DNA of 64,000 nucleotides from IMG/VR virus record IMGVR_UViG_3300025000_000085. One strand, given 5' to 3'. The translations under genes were made by a program, and so were the position numbers. The first letter of the stretch is position 1. Each line of letters starts with the position of its first letter. Origin of the DNA: an uncultured virus (IMG/VR IMGVR_UViG_3300025000_000085) (taxonomy: Duplodnaviria > Heunggongvirae > Uroviricota > Caudoviricetes). This document shows, in pieces, positions 1 through 8,113 of this stretch. The notes beneath the pieces are model-generated. The model did no database searches and was not told the DNA's origin. It worked only from the letters and a program-made list of their open reading frames with translations.

Positions 1-290
1 CCTTGTCGCCCGCCGTGGCCGTCCCCCTGTCGCCCGCCGTGGCCGTCCCCCACGTGCCCGCCGTGGCCGTGCCCCTGTCGCCCGCCGTGGCCGTCCCCTC
101 GTCGCCCGCCGTGGCCGTCCCCCTGTCGCCCGCCGTCGCCGTGCCGCTGTAGCCCGCCGTGGCCGTCCCCCTGTCGCCCGCCGTCGCCGTGCCGCTGTCG
201 CCCGCCGTGGCCGTCCCCCTGTCGCCCGCCGTGGCCGTGCCGCTGTAGCCCGCCGTGGCCGTCCCCCACGTGCCCGCCGTGGCCGTGCCG
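1..290 (-). repeat. 24-bp tandem repeat, about 12 copies, encoding AG(D/Y/T)(R/S/W/E/K)GTAT
   Basis: Unit gccgtggccgtccccctgtcgccc and variants, in frame with the 1-682 CDS. Confidence 0.95.
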
Positions 291-682
291 CCGACGATGC
301 TGGTGCCCGCCGGTGCGTGCTGCGCCACAAGAGCGGTGGCGCCCAGGCGGTCGCCGCAGAAGATCACGGTGCCCGAGGGAAACTTCACCTTGCCGGACAG
401 CTCCACGCAGGCGGCCGCCTCGACCTCCACCACCATCCACTTTGCCTCGGCGTTCCAGCTCACCAGGTCGCCGTCTCCCTGCCCCCAGAGCAGCCCGTGC
501 AGCCCATTGCCGCACTTGGGCTTCGGGTCCCAGTCCGGGCAGCTGACCGGGCCAGACTCGGGCCACTGGAATCCGCCGTGGGCCTGCAGCTCGGCGTTGC
601 AGGTGCGCAGCACGAGAGCCTTTCCGTCGGGGAGGCAATAGAGCTGCGCTGGATTGTGCTGCTGGCTGGCTGTGTCGCTCAT
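1..682 (-). CDS. Ice-nucleation-protein-like protein: INP N-terminal domain plus octapeptide AGxxGTAT repeats (3' end off window)
   Basis: Not in ORF track. Hand translation from ATG 682 (ATGA overlap with the upstream gene): MSDTAS...KALVLRTCNAELQAHGGFQWP...NGLHGLLWGQG...AKWMVVEV...GKVKFPSGTVIFCGDR...GTATAGDRGTATAG; open to the window edge. Confidence 0.85.
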   Translation of the reverse strand, partial: MSDTASQQHNPAQLYCLPDGKALVLRTCNAELQAHGGFQWPESGPVSCPDWDPKPKCGNGLHGLLWGQGDGDLVSWNAEAKWMVVEVEAAACVELSGKVKFPSGTVIFCGDRLGATALVAQHAPAGTSIVGGTATAGTWGTATAGYSGTATAGDRGTATAGDSGTATAGDRGTATAGYSGTATAGDRGTATAGDEGTATAGDRGTATAGTWGTATAGDRGTATAGDK

Positions 683-1464
683 CGTCCGCTCCGATTGCAA
701 GGCTCGCAGTCTTTAGCCGGCACGAACTTGTGGTTGTCCGTGCGCTGATGTTCAGTGTTCCATTTGTGGTACTGGATGATTGCGCCGATGGCGCTCCATG
801 CCCTTTCGTATTGTTCTGTGCTTATCTCTGCGATGAAGATATGCCCAGACTTGCACCTGATTGTTTCTGCTCTGCTGCCGGCGACCCACCCCGTTGGCGC
901 TCCGCATTGGCAATTAACCATTTGAACAGATTTTTTTCGGTGGCTACCACATCCGTTCACAGACGGAGTCGTGAGCGCCATTTCGATTGTCCAGCCGATC
1001 CGCAATCGTCCCTTGACGTTATTTGGGCGGACTTTGTTAATCTCTGCCAATTCCGTGATCGTCTTTGTTTCGTTGTCGATAGTAGCAAAGCGATTACTTC
1101 TGGTGTTGCGCATCTGTTCGTACTGATATGCCCATCGACAATTGAACGGTTCGTAGTTTCCTTCGTTATTGATGCGGTCAATTGAATGACTAGTCGACGG
1201 CCGGAGTCCCATGTCTCCGAGAAATGCTAGGAAGCTGCTGCGCCATTCTGTGCAGACAGAAATGCCACGTTCGCCATAGTTGACGTAGGCTGGTTTTTTT
1301 GCATTGTGGCACCGTTCAATCATTTGCCGCCAAATGTTATATTCGCTCATCTTTGTGGCGCTAGTGAAGTTGCTGCGCATCGTGACGCCGGTACTTTTGG
1401 GCAGCAAAGGTTTTGCTCGTTTTTTCCTCTGCCTGTAAACCGATGTATTTTCAGCGGAACTCAT
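679..1464 (-). CDS. HNH homing-endonuclease-like protein with Cys-rich C-terminal extension
   Basis: Motifs YNIWRQMIERC..YGERGISVC..SIDRINNEGNYEPFNCRWA..N; RBS-like AAGGTAGG before ATG 1464; lower GC than flanks. Confidence 0.8.
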   Translation of the reverse strand: MSSAENTSVYRQRKKRAKPLLPKSTGVTMRSNFTSATKMSEYNIWRQMIERCHNAKKPAYVNYGERGISVCTEWRSSFLAFLGDMGLRPSTSHSIDRINNEGNYEPFNCRWAYQYEQMRNTRSNRFATIDNETKTITELAEINKVRPNNVKGRLRIGWTIEMALTTPSVNGCGSHRKKSVQMVNCQCGAPTGWVAGSRAETIRCKSGHIFIAEISTEQYERAWSAIGAIIQYHKWNTEHQRTDNHKFVPAKDCEPCNRSGR

Positions 1465-1984
1465 ATCTTGCCTACCTTTGGCGCCGTGGCACACTGGAAA
1501 GGGAGCCCGAAGGCAGCGCCGCCCGGTCTGCAGGTCGCAGGAAGGGGGCGTCGAGGGGGCAGGCATCGCCTGGGCGGATGCCTCCGGGCTGTTTTTGCCG
1601 GCGCACGAGCCGGAGAGGGGGCAATGGTGGGGCGGGGAAAGAGAAGCGCTCTGCTGGACCGTTTTGACGGTGAAGGCGGCCCATCCGCCTCGCCGGCTGC
1701 CACTGCGGGCCCCTTGGGTCCGTCGCTTCTCCTGGCCCGGCTTCGCCCTACCGCCATCGGCGCTGTCGTCGGCCGTGCACCGCAGGCATGTATTCGCCCG
1801 GTGCAGGCCTCGAGTCACCATGGACGGGACAGGCTGAGCCCCCCGGGCCGAGCATGTCTGGGGTGGGATCATCTCCAGGGTGCCGGCAGTGATTGGCCGG
1901 CGGTGCATGTAGGAAAAACCCTCCTGCCGGGGTACCCTCCGGGCAACAGAAAAACCGCCGGCACCGCCGGCAGGAGGGAAGAGC

Positions 1985-2239
1985 ATGGACGAGAAAACAC
2001 GGTTGGCCGCAGAGCTGGCAGCACAGATGATCGCAGCGCGGGCGTTCTCGCCGACGTACAGCGTCAACCTGCTGCGAGAAGGCAAAGACACGCCGGAGGA
2101 TGTGGTGCGGGCCGCACTCGACGGCATGGCGTTTGGCACTGGCGATGCGCTCGGCCGCATCTTCCAGGCGACATTCGCCCTGGTATTGGAAGCGCTGGAA
2201 GACCCGCAAGCCATCGCTCAGCGCCGCTCCAGGCAGTAA
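1985..2239 (+). CDS. Small hypothetical protein, antisense to the cro operon (paralog A, MDEKTRLAAE)
   Basis: RBS GGAGGG, 84 aa, N-terminus resembles 3083-3262. Confidence 0.7.
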   Translation: MDEKTRLAAELAAQMIAARAFSPTYSVNLLREGKDTPEDVVRAALDGMAFGTGDALGRIFQATFALVLEALEDPQAIAQRRSRQ

Positions 2240-2373
2240 CCAGGCGACCGCATCACCCACTGCACGATCTCCCGGCGCACCAGGTCGCGAATCTCGTCTG
2301 CCGCCAGTCCGGCTGGAACAACGATGGTAAGCTCGTCTCGGTCAGGCCGACTGCTGCTGCACGGTTCGGACAT
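2218..2373 (-). CDS. Small hypothetical protein (51 aa, MSEPCSSSRPDRDELTIVVP...)
   Basis: Hand translation; RBS AAGGAG; follows the 48-bp element; converges on 1985-2239. Confidence 0.55.
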   Translation of the reverse strand: MSEPCSSSRPDRDELTIVVPAGLAADEIRDLVRREIVQWVMRSPGYCLERR

Positions 2374-2394
2374 CGCTCACTCCTTCGTTGCCGT

Positions 2395-2442
2395 GGCGCC
2401 GCCCCGACGGGCAGCAGATCAGGTTCAGGCCGCGGCGCCCTG
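2395..2442 (-). repeat. 48-bp dispersed element, copy 1 (QGAAA-stop plus hairpin)
   Basis: Identical to 2953-3000; diverged copy at 3601-3651. Confidence 0.95.
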
Positions 2443-2913
2443 CGGCTGCTCCGAGCCACCTTCGGGCCGCGGCGTCTCGTCGATGAGAGAGCGAATCACC
2501 ACACCGGCCTCACGCTCCTCGTCGGTCAGCTCACAGTCGTCGCAGTTGCCCCGCAGGTCCGAGCAGTCGCCCCGCAGGCCCGAGCAGTCGCCCCACAGGC
2601 CCGAGCAGTTGCCCCACAGGCCCGAGCAGTTGCCCCGCAGGTCCGAGCAGTCGCCCCACAGGCCCGAGCAGTCGCCCTCCAGGCCCGAGCAGTTGCCCCG
2701 CAGGCCCGAGCAGTCGCCCCGCAGGCCCGAGCAGTCGCCCTCCAGGCCCGAGCAGTTGCCCTCCAGGCCCGAGCAGTCGCCCCGCAGGCCCGAGCAGTCG
2801 CCCTCCAGGCCCGAGCAGTTGCCCTCCAGGCCCGAGCAGGGTCCGTCGTGCCGGATGCCGTCGATGTAGTGGTGCAGACCGGACGTATCGCTGAGCCTCA
2901 GCGCTTTTTTCAT
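2425..2913 (-). CDS. Cys-rich heptapeptide-repeat protein (G[DN]CSGL[RWE] x ~14)
   Basis: RBS GGAGGG; 21-bp tandem repeat at ~2541-2838 flanked by unique N- and C-termini. Confidence 0.85.
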   Translation of the reverse strand: MKKALRLSDTSGLHHYIDGIRHDGPCSGLEGNCSGLEGDCSGLRGDCSGLEGNCSGLEGDCSGLRGDCSGLRGNCSGLEGDCSGLWGDCSDLRGNCSGLWGNCSGLWGDCSGLRGDCSDLRGNCDDCELTDEEREAGVVIRSLIDETPRPEGGSEQPQGAAA

Positions 2914-2952
2914 CTCACCCTCCTGGCCGGCGGCGCCGGCCGTTCGCTCTGC

Positions 2953-3000
2953 GGCGCCGCCCCGACGGGCAGCAGATCAGGTTCAGGCCGCGGCGCCCTG
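2953..3000 (-). repeat. 48-bp dispersed element, copy 2
   Basis: Exact match to 2395-2442. Confidence 0.95.
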
Positions 3001-3082
3001 GCGCTCGTTGCTGAAGCCCTCCTCCCCGTGGCAGGATGCAGATGCCCTGACCACACGCCCCGACACGGGGAGGAGAAACGAC

Positions 3083-3262
3083 ATGACAAAGGACGAAAAA
3101 ATCAAACTGGCGGCGGAGATCGGTGCACGGCTGACGACGTCGATCCACGATCGAACCAAGTACCGTGGGGAAACCTTCGAGGATCGAACGATTGCAACCT
3201 GGCTTCTCATGTCGAAAAAGGTCCTCAGTTCGTTGGACGAGTTGGAGTCCGACATCCGCTAG
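3083..3262 (+). CDS. Small hypothetical protein, antisense to the cro operon (paralog B, MTKDEKIKLAAE)
   Basis: RBS GGAGGAG; 59 aa; converges on 3259-3561. Confidence 0.7.
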   Translation: MTKDEKIKLAAEIGARLTTSIHDRTKYRGETFEDRTIATWLLMSKKVLSSLDELESDIR

Positions 3263-3561
3263 GCAAAGCGGAGCGAAAACAGTACGCTCGCCACCTGGTC
3301 ACACGCGTGCGGCGCGTCGATGAGTCCAAGATTCAGGAACAGGACTGCCCATTTCAGGGTGGTCTCGACCTGATCCCGGGCCGGACCTTTCTCTGGATGG
3401 CCGCTGGCCTTCAGGAGATCGGGCAGCTTGGCCAAGACGCCGAGGTAATGTGCAACGAGCCGCTGCTCCGGCGTTGTCGGATCGTCGAAGGAGGTCTGCT
3501 CGCTCTGCTCGCTCTGCTCGCTCTGCTCGCTCTGCTCGCTCTGCTCGCTCTGCTCGTTCAT
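3259..3561 (-). CDS. Hypothetical protein with N-terminal (EQS)n tract
   Basis: 9-bp repeat ctgctcgct x ~6-7 at ~3497-3556; RBS-like GAGAGGCGAGAG. Confidence 0.7.
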   Translation of the reverse strand: MNEQSEQSEQSEQSEQSEQSEQTSFDDPTTPEQRLVAHYLGVLAKLPDLLKASGHPEKGPARDQVETTLKWAVLFLNLGLIDAPHACDQVASVLFSLRFA

Positions 3562-3600
3562 CTCTCGCCTCTCGCCGGCCTTCCGGCGCACTCTTGGATG

Positions 3601-3651
3601 GCCGCCCCGACGGGCGGCTGTTCAGGTTCAGGCCGCCGCGCCCTGGCGCTC
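3601..3651 (-). repeat. 48-bp dispersed element, copy 3 (diverged, overlaps the cro stop codon)
   Basis: gccgccccgacgggcggctgttcaggttcaggccgccgcgccctggcgctc. Confidence 0.9.
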
Positions 3652-3942
3652 GGCGGCGGGCTCGTCTTGCCCCTCTGCGGGGGAGGGAGGGGAGGCCTCC
3701 GCGGCTGCCGACCGTTCTTTCGGTGATGAATCGGCATGTTCGGCCGCAGGAGAAGGCAACCAGGCTTCCGTTGGAATGCCGATCTTGTCCATGATGGCAT
3801 GAGCAAGAGCGAGTCCGGCGGACCGCTTGCCTGCGAGGATGAGCCAGATGGTCGGACCAGAACACCCGATCATGTGAGCCAGCTGCCTGGTGCTGAGGCC
3901 CTGTTCGGCCTGGTATTGGGCGAGTAATTCTCTCCCTGTCAT
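3628..3942 (-). CDS. Cro-like XRE HTH regulator
   Basis: GLSTRQLAHMIGCSGPTIWLILAGKR HTH; divergent from the repressor; RBS GGAGG. Confidence 0.85.
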   Translation of the reverse strand: MTGRELLAQYQAEQGLSTRQLAHMIGCSGPTIWLILAGKRSAGLALAHAIMDKIGIPTEAWLPSPAAEHADSSPKERSAAAEASPPSPAEGQDEPAAERQGAAA

Positions 3943-3963
3943 GGATGGCACCTCCGAGGTAGA

Positions 3964-4018
3964 GGAATACCCGGGCTGCTAGCGTTAGTCAACAGCGCAG
4001 TTGCTAGCCCTTGATAGC
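3964..4018. promoter_or_regulatory. cro promoter (TTGACT-N17-TATTCC, minus strand) with two 16-bp operators (3978-3993, 4003-4018)
   Basis: GCTAGCGTTAGTCAAC and GCTAGCCCTTGATAGC; same architecture at 8109-8161. Confidence 0.75.
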
Positions 4019-4030
4019 GAAGGACGTGCG

Positions 4031-4555
4031 ATGGAAGAAGACATGGTCAAGCTGGCCGAAATCGTGCGCCTCAACATCATAGAGCTGCGTCGGCAGCGCG
4101 GGATGTCTCAGGCCGACCTGTGCCGCGCGTCCGGGATCACGACTGCGGCGCTATCCCTGATTGAACGAGCGGAGCGGGCTGCCCATATCGACACCATCCA
4201 GGCTCTCGCTCGCGGCCTCGGCATCCCCCCTGATGCAATGCTCCGACCGCTCACCGCAGCAGAGCGCGGCGAGCTGGCCGAGCTGCCTCCTCCCCTGCCT
4301 CCCGACGAGCACTCCCTGCTGACCCACTACCGCATCATCTCCGCCGACGAGCAGCGCCGGGTGCGCTACCTGGCTGCGGGCTTCGCCGGCACGGCCGACC
4401 AAGTGGAGGCAGCCGTGCCCGCGCCCCCTGCTGCCCCCCCGCCCCTGCCCGAGGACGAGCAGGAGCTGCTGGAGCGGTGGCGCCAGCTCTCCGGGGAGCG
4501 GAAGGGGAGGGTGCTGGCCTACCTCGACGGGATGCTGGAGGCAGCGAAGGAATGA
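4031..4555 (+). CDS. CI-like repressor (XRE HTH) with two tandem short C-terminal helical repeats
   Basis: LRRQRGMSQADLCRASGITTAALSLIERAER; repeats LPPDEHSLLTHYR and LPEDEQELLERWR; no S24 peptidase domain seen. Confidence 0.85.
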   Translation: MEEDMVKLAEIVRLNIIELRRQRGMSQADLCRASGITTAALSLIERAERAAHIDTIQALARGLGIPPDAMLRPLTAAERGELAELPPPLPPDEHSLLTHYRIISADEQRRVRYLAAGFAGTADQVEAAVPAPPAAPPPLPEDEQELLERWRQLSGERKGRVLAYLDGMLEAAKE

Positions 4556-5037
4556 CCGACGAGGAGATCCAGCGACTCCTGCAAGAGGTCAAGCGGCCGG
4601 TCGGGCGTCCCAGGCGCTCGGTAGGCTTCGGTGAGCGCTTCGACGTCAACCTGACGGGCGCGGACACCGAAACGGCCTATGTGCTCTACGGCAGGCAGAA
4701 CTCAGAGGTGCCCGAGGACTTCCGGGTCGGCCTTCGGATTCGGCGAGCAGACAGCGCAGACCGCCAGCTGCGCACCTACAACGGCGAGGCTCACTCGCAC
4801 AACAACCCCCTCGAGGGCGAACGGTTGCCGAAGGGGTTTCACATCCACACGGCGACGCAGCGGTACCAGGCCCGCCGCAATCGACTGGACGGTTACGCCG
4901 AGGTCACGGATCGCTATAATGATCTGCGCGGTGCGCTGTCGGCCATGCTGGTGGACTGCCACATCGCTGGGTTGACCGTCGAGGAGCTGCTTCCCCCTAC
5001 CCAGGGGAGCTTGCTCGAGCTGATGGATGAAGATTGA
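4552..5037 (+). CDS. Conserved hypothetical protein, partner of the DUF1828 gene (His-rich YNG..HSHNNP..FHIH)
   Basis: ATGA-coupled to cI; overlaps the next gene. Confidence 0.7.
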   Translation: MTDEEIQRLLQEVKRPVGRPRRSVGFGERFDVNLTGADTETAYVLYGRQNSEVPEDFRVGLRIRRADSADRQLRTYNGEAHSHNNPLEGERLPKGFHIHTATQRYQARRNRLDGYAEVTDRYNDLRGALSAMLVDCHIAGLTVEELLPPTQGSLLELMDED

Positions 5038-5797
5038 CCTCCCGGATCGCATCGTTCACCTCTGTCCAGGCGTCCGGTCTGCACGGCTGCGCCAAGACGG
5101 CTGGACGGAGATCGACTCGATGTTCGCCTTCCCGGATGGCGACGAGTTCCTGATCCACGCCAAGGAGCTGCCCGGGAGCGGGCTGCGGTTCTCGGACCGG
5201 GGCCACACGCTGATGCGGCTGAGCTACGACATGGACGTGGACCAGCTGCGCAGCGGCAAGCGAGGGCGCCTCTTCGAGTCGATCTTGGCCAACCGCGAGG
5301 CAGACGGAGTGTTGCAGCTCGACGTGCCGCTGGATCAGGCCACCGAGGGGCTGTTTCGCTTCGGCCAGGCGCTGACCCAGCTGCACGACCTGAGCTTCCT
5401 CGAGCAGTCCAGGGCGGAGTTCACCTTTTACAGCGATCTCCGCTCGCTGCTGGATTCCATCGTCCCGGCCAGCCTGGTGCAACCGGACTTCGTCGTGCCC
5501 CAGATCGAGCACGGCGAAGACTACCCGATAGACTTCCGGATCGAGGGGAAGCTCGACCCGCTCTTCCTCTTCGGCATCCCCGGGCGAGACAAGGCCCGGC
5601 TGGTCACCATCGTGCTCGAGCACCTGCTGCGGGCAAGCGTGCCCTTCGAGTCGTTGCTCGTCTTCGCCAACCAGGAGGAGCTTCCGCGAAGGGACCTCGC
5701 CCGGCTCTCCAACGTCGGCGGTGAGATGGTGGCGTCGCTCGGCGCCATGGACGACCTCCGGCGCAAGCTGTCGCGCAGGGTCCCCGCCCTCGCATGA
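5027..5797 (+). CDS. DUF1828-family-like protein
   Basis: I.S.F.FPDGD...FSDRGHTLMRLSY N-terminal motif; C-terminal YPIDF.IE region. Confidence 0.7.
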   Translation: MKIDLPDRIVHLCPGVRSARLRQDGWTEIDSMFAFPDGDEFLIHAKELPGSGLRFSDRGHTLMRLSYDMDVDQLRSGKRGRLFESILANREADGVLQLDVPLDQATEGLFRFGQALTQLHDLSFLEQSRAEFTFYSDLRSLLDSIVPASLVQPDFVVPQIEHGEDYPIDFRIEGKLDPLFLFGIPGRDKARLVTIVLEHLLRASVPFESLLVFANQEELPRRDLARLSNVGGEMVASLGAMDDLRRKLSRRVPALA

Positions 5798-5997
5798 TCC
5801 TCGCTGGCCGGCCTGGGCGGGAGGCGCGGTCGGCAAGGTGCCCATGGAGCAGCGGGGGCGGGTGAGGGTGATGGTCGAGGGCGTCGTCCGGGCGGCCGGG
5901 GCGGGGTGATTGTGCCGGTCATTGCACGGTGGCTCGACGCGACGATCCCCAGATGTTACCTTGGTTTCTGGACGGATCGCGGAGTTCCGAAGGCATC

Positions 5998-6834
5998 ATG
6001 AAGACCAAGGACGACGAGTTCAGCGGCCCAAAAGAGACCGCCAGGTTTGCCTGCGATGCGCCGGCATCACCCGCCCGTGTGCGCTCGCTCGCCAAGATGA
6101 TCGAGGAGAGCCTGACAGGGATTTTGGGCCGTCCCCCTGCTGATCACGAGTTCACCCTCGTGGTGTCCAACCTCGACATGAGCGCCAAGCTGCGCGCTCA
6201 TACGCCGGAAGCTGCCGACGCCGGCCGAGCCCTCGAACGTATCGCCAGAGACCCAACGCTGCTGCGACGGTTGCCTGCCGGACGCAGGGCGCCGGTGGCC
6301 AAGGCTCTCCGTCAGGGGCTGGAGGCATTCAAAGACACCGACTTCGTGATCCAGGACGGAAGCAAGCGCCACGCTACGCGGGCGGATGCCATCCTGATCG
6401 GCGCGCTCAGAGGCATCGAGTCCGAGCCCGTCGCTCCGCTGGTGCTTCGTGGAACGACCGAAACGGTGACCCCGATCCTCGGCGTGATGCGGAGGGTGGA
6501 TGGATCGACTCGCCTGCTCGCCCGTCTGCGCGTTGAAAGCGCCATCCGCGAGGTGCCCCTGGATGATAGCGTCGTGGATCTGGCCATCGAGGCGGTCAAG
6601 CGCAGCTGCGAGGTTCGGGCGTCGGTCGACGCCGTATGGGAGTCGGCAGAGGGAGACGACTTCTCACTGAATTCTGCGAAGTCGGTGATCACGGGGGTCG
6701 TACTCCTGGAGAGCGTCCTGGCCGGCGATGAGCTGCTGGCCGCCTTCGGCAAAATCATCGATGCCGATGCGGCCGACGCCGCAGCTCGGATGGTCTATGA
6801 AGAGCGCGGCATCGACTGGCAGGAGCTGCAGTGA
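5998..6834 (+). CDS. Hypothetical protein coupled to the PIN gene
   Basis: Long ORF; GTGATG overlap with the downstream gene. Confidence 0.7.
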   Translation: MKTKDDEFSGPKETARFACDAPASPARVRSLAKMIEESLTGILGRPPADHEFTLVVSNLDMSAKLRAHTPEAADAGRALERIARDPTLLRRLPAGRRAPVAKALRQGLEAFKDTDFVIQDGSKRHATRADAILIGALRGIESEPVAPLVLRGTTETVTPILGVMRRVDGSTRLLARLRVESAIREVPLDDSVVDLAIEAVKRSCEVRASVDAVWESAEGDDFSLNSAKSVITGVVLLESVLAGDELLAAFGKIIDADAADAAARMVYEERGIDWQELQ

Positions 6835-7415
6835 TGGCCCGGCGGATCGCCCTGGACACGAACATCCTATCTCACGCTCTGGGTGTCAGGCGGGTCGATG
6901 TCACCTCCGAGTGGCGGCAGCGCGCCCAGGCCTGCCAGCAGTTCATCTCGAAGAACAGGGACCTCTGCATTCCCGCTCCTGCCTTGACCGAGGCGCTCCG
7001 CACCGCACCTGCCGAAGAGCAGGCGGAGCTGCTCAAGCTGGCAGAGAGCGTGCGGACGCTGGCGCTGACGGTGCATGGCTCGGTGCTGGCCGGCAGGCTC
7101 CTGGCACGGCTGGACGGAGCGAAGGACGCGTGCCCGAGGTGCCACGAGCCCATGAGTTCGTCAGCCTGCAGCAAGTGCGGCAGAATGCGGGCTCCATCGT
7201 CCAAGGTCGTCGATGCGCAGATCGCCGGGTGCGTGCTCTCCCAGGCCGGCGAGTGGATCATCTACAGCTACGACGTCCGCCACTTCGCACCCCTGCTGGC
7301 CGGACAGACGCGTGTGACCGTGTCGGAGCCGCCGTCGTACGTGTCGAGCGCCCCGTTGCTGGACTTCATCGAGAACCAGCCTTCCACCGAGGAGTCAGAC
7401 GAAGGGACACCCTGA
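6834..7415 (+). CDS. PIN-domain (VapC-like) ribonuclease with inserted CxxC-CxxC zinc ribbon
   Basis: IALDTNIL, LTEAL, VDAQIAG and YSYD acidic motifs; CPRC...CSKC insert. Confidence 0.75.
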   Translation: MARRIALDTNILSHALGVRRVDVTSEWRQRAQACQQFISKNRDLCIPAPALTEALRTAPAEEQAELLKLAESVRTLALTVHGSVLAGRLLARLDGAKDACPRCHEPMSSSACSKCGRMRAPSSKVVDAQIAGCVLSQAGEWIIYSYDVRHFAPLLAGQTRVTVSEPPSYVSSAPLLDFIENQPSTEESDEGTP

Positions 7416-7714
7416 TCCCCGCCCGAGCTTGCCTCCCCCGTCCTTTCCTGGTACAAATGTTCAGTGGTCGACGATGGCCGGCCCGAGCAGGCGAGCGCCG
7501 ATCATGGGGTGATCCGGCGAGGCAGTCTGCGTCGCAACTCTTGTGAATTCATAATGTTGGCAGGTCCGCCCAGGTGCGGTGCACGGCCAGGGCCATGTTC
7601 GTCTCCGGTGGAACTTTCCTCGCTGCGGACTGCTGGATCCTGTTGCCGAGCCTGCACCTTGCCGCTAAGGCTGTAAGGGTACCCGGACCGAAAAATGGAC
7701 GAGGAGGCACCCGC

Positions 7715-8113
7715 ATGCTGCACGCCGTCGACCATGAGCCCCCCGCGGGCCGCTGCGCCGCTGCGCCAACCGCCTCCTCGCCGGCCACTGGCCCCGCCCC
7801 GATGCCCGAGACGGCCGCAGCCTGCCGCGCCCTGCTGCGCACCGTGGGCCTCGAGCAGCGCTGGCTGGACACCGGCCCCGACGAGCAGGCGCAGGCCTGG
7901 CTCGACCAGGGCGATCGCCGGGAGGATCGCCCGGCCGAGCTGGACGCCGACCAGTGGACCATGCTGCGGGTCTGTGGTGGGATCTGGACGGGGAAGGGGC
8001 TGGTCGGCGAGCTGCTCGTTCTGCGCCGATCCGCAGCGTACCGGGCCGGTGGCTTCCTGCAGGCGTGGGCGCTGAGCGACGGCGCATGTTCTGCTTGGGC
8101 GTCCTGCTGCTAA
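7715..8113 (+). CDS. Hypothetical protein (paralog of 20212-20526)
   Basis: RBS GAGGAGG; shares W..GP...A..WL...RPAEL..DQW. Confidence 0.7.
   Translation: MLHAVDHEPPAGRCAAAPTASSPATGPAPMPETAAACRALLRTVGLEQRWLDTGPDEQAQAWLDQGDRREDRPAELDADQWTMLRVCGGIWTGKGLVGELLVLRRSAAYRAGGFLQAWALSDGACSAWASCC

Noticed and set aside
679..2214. 511-aa HNH ORF as annotated in the track
   Set aside because: The N-terminal half is antisense to a real gene and compositionally non-coding; the best RBS-led start is 1464, although an alternative ATG near 1908 cannot be excluded
1..3651. CRISPR array from the 21-bp, 24-bp or 48-bp repeats
   Set aside because: The tandem repeats have no spacers and are in-frame coding; the 48-bp copies are separated by 500-600 bp of genes; no cas genes are present
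1306..3726. 806-aa plus-strand ORF, and similar long shadow ORFs such as 56201-59272 and 20373-22226
   Set aside because: Antisense or off-frame shadows of real genes, expected in GC-rich DNA
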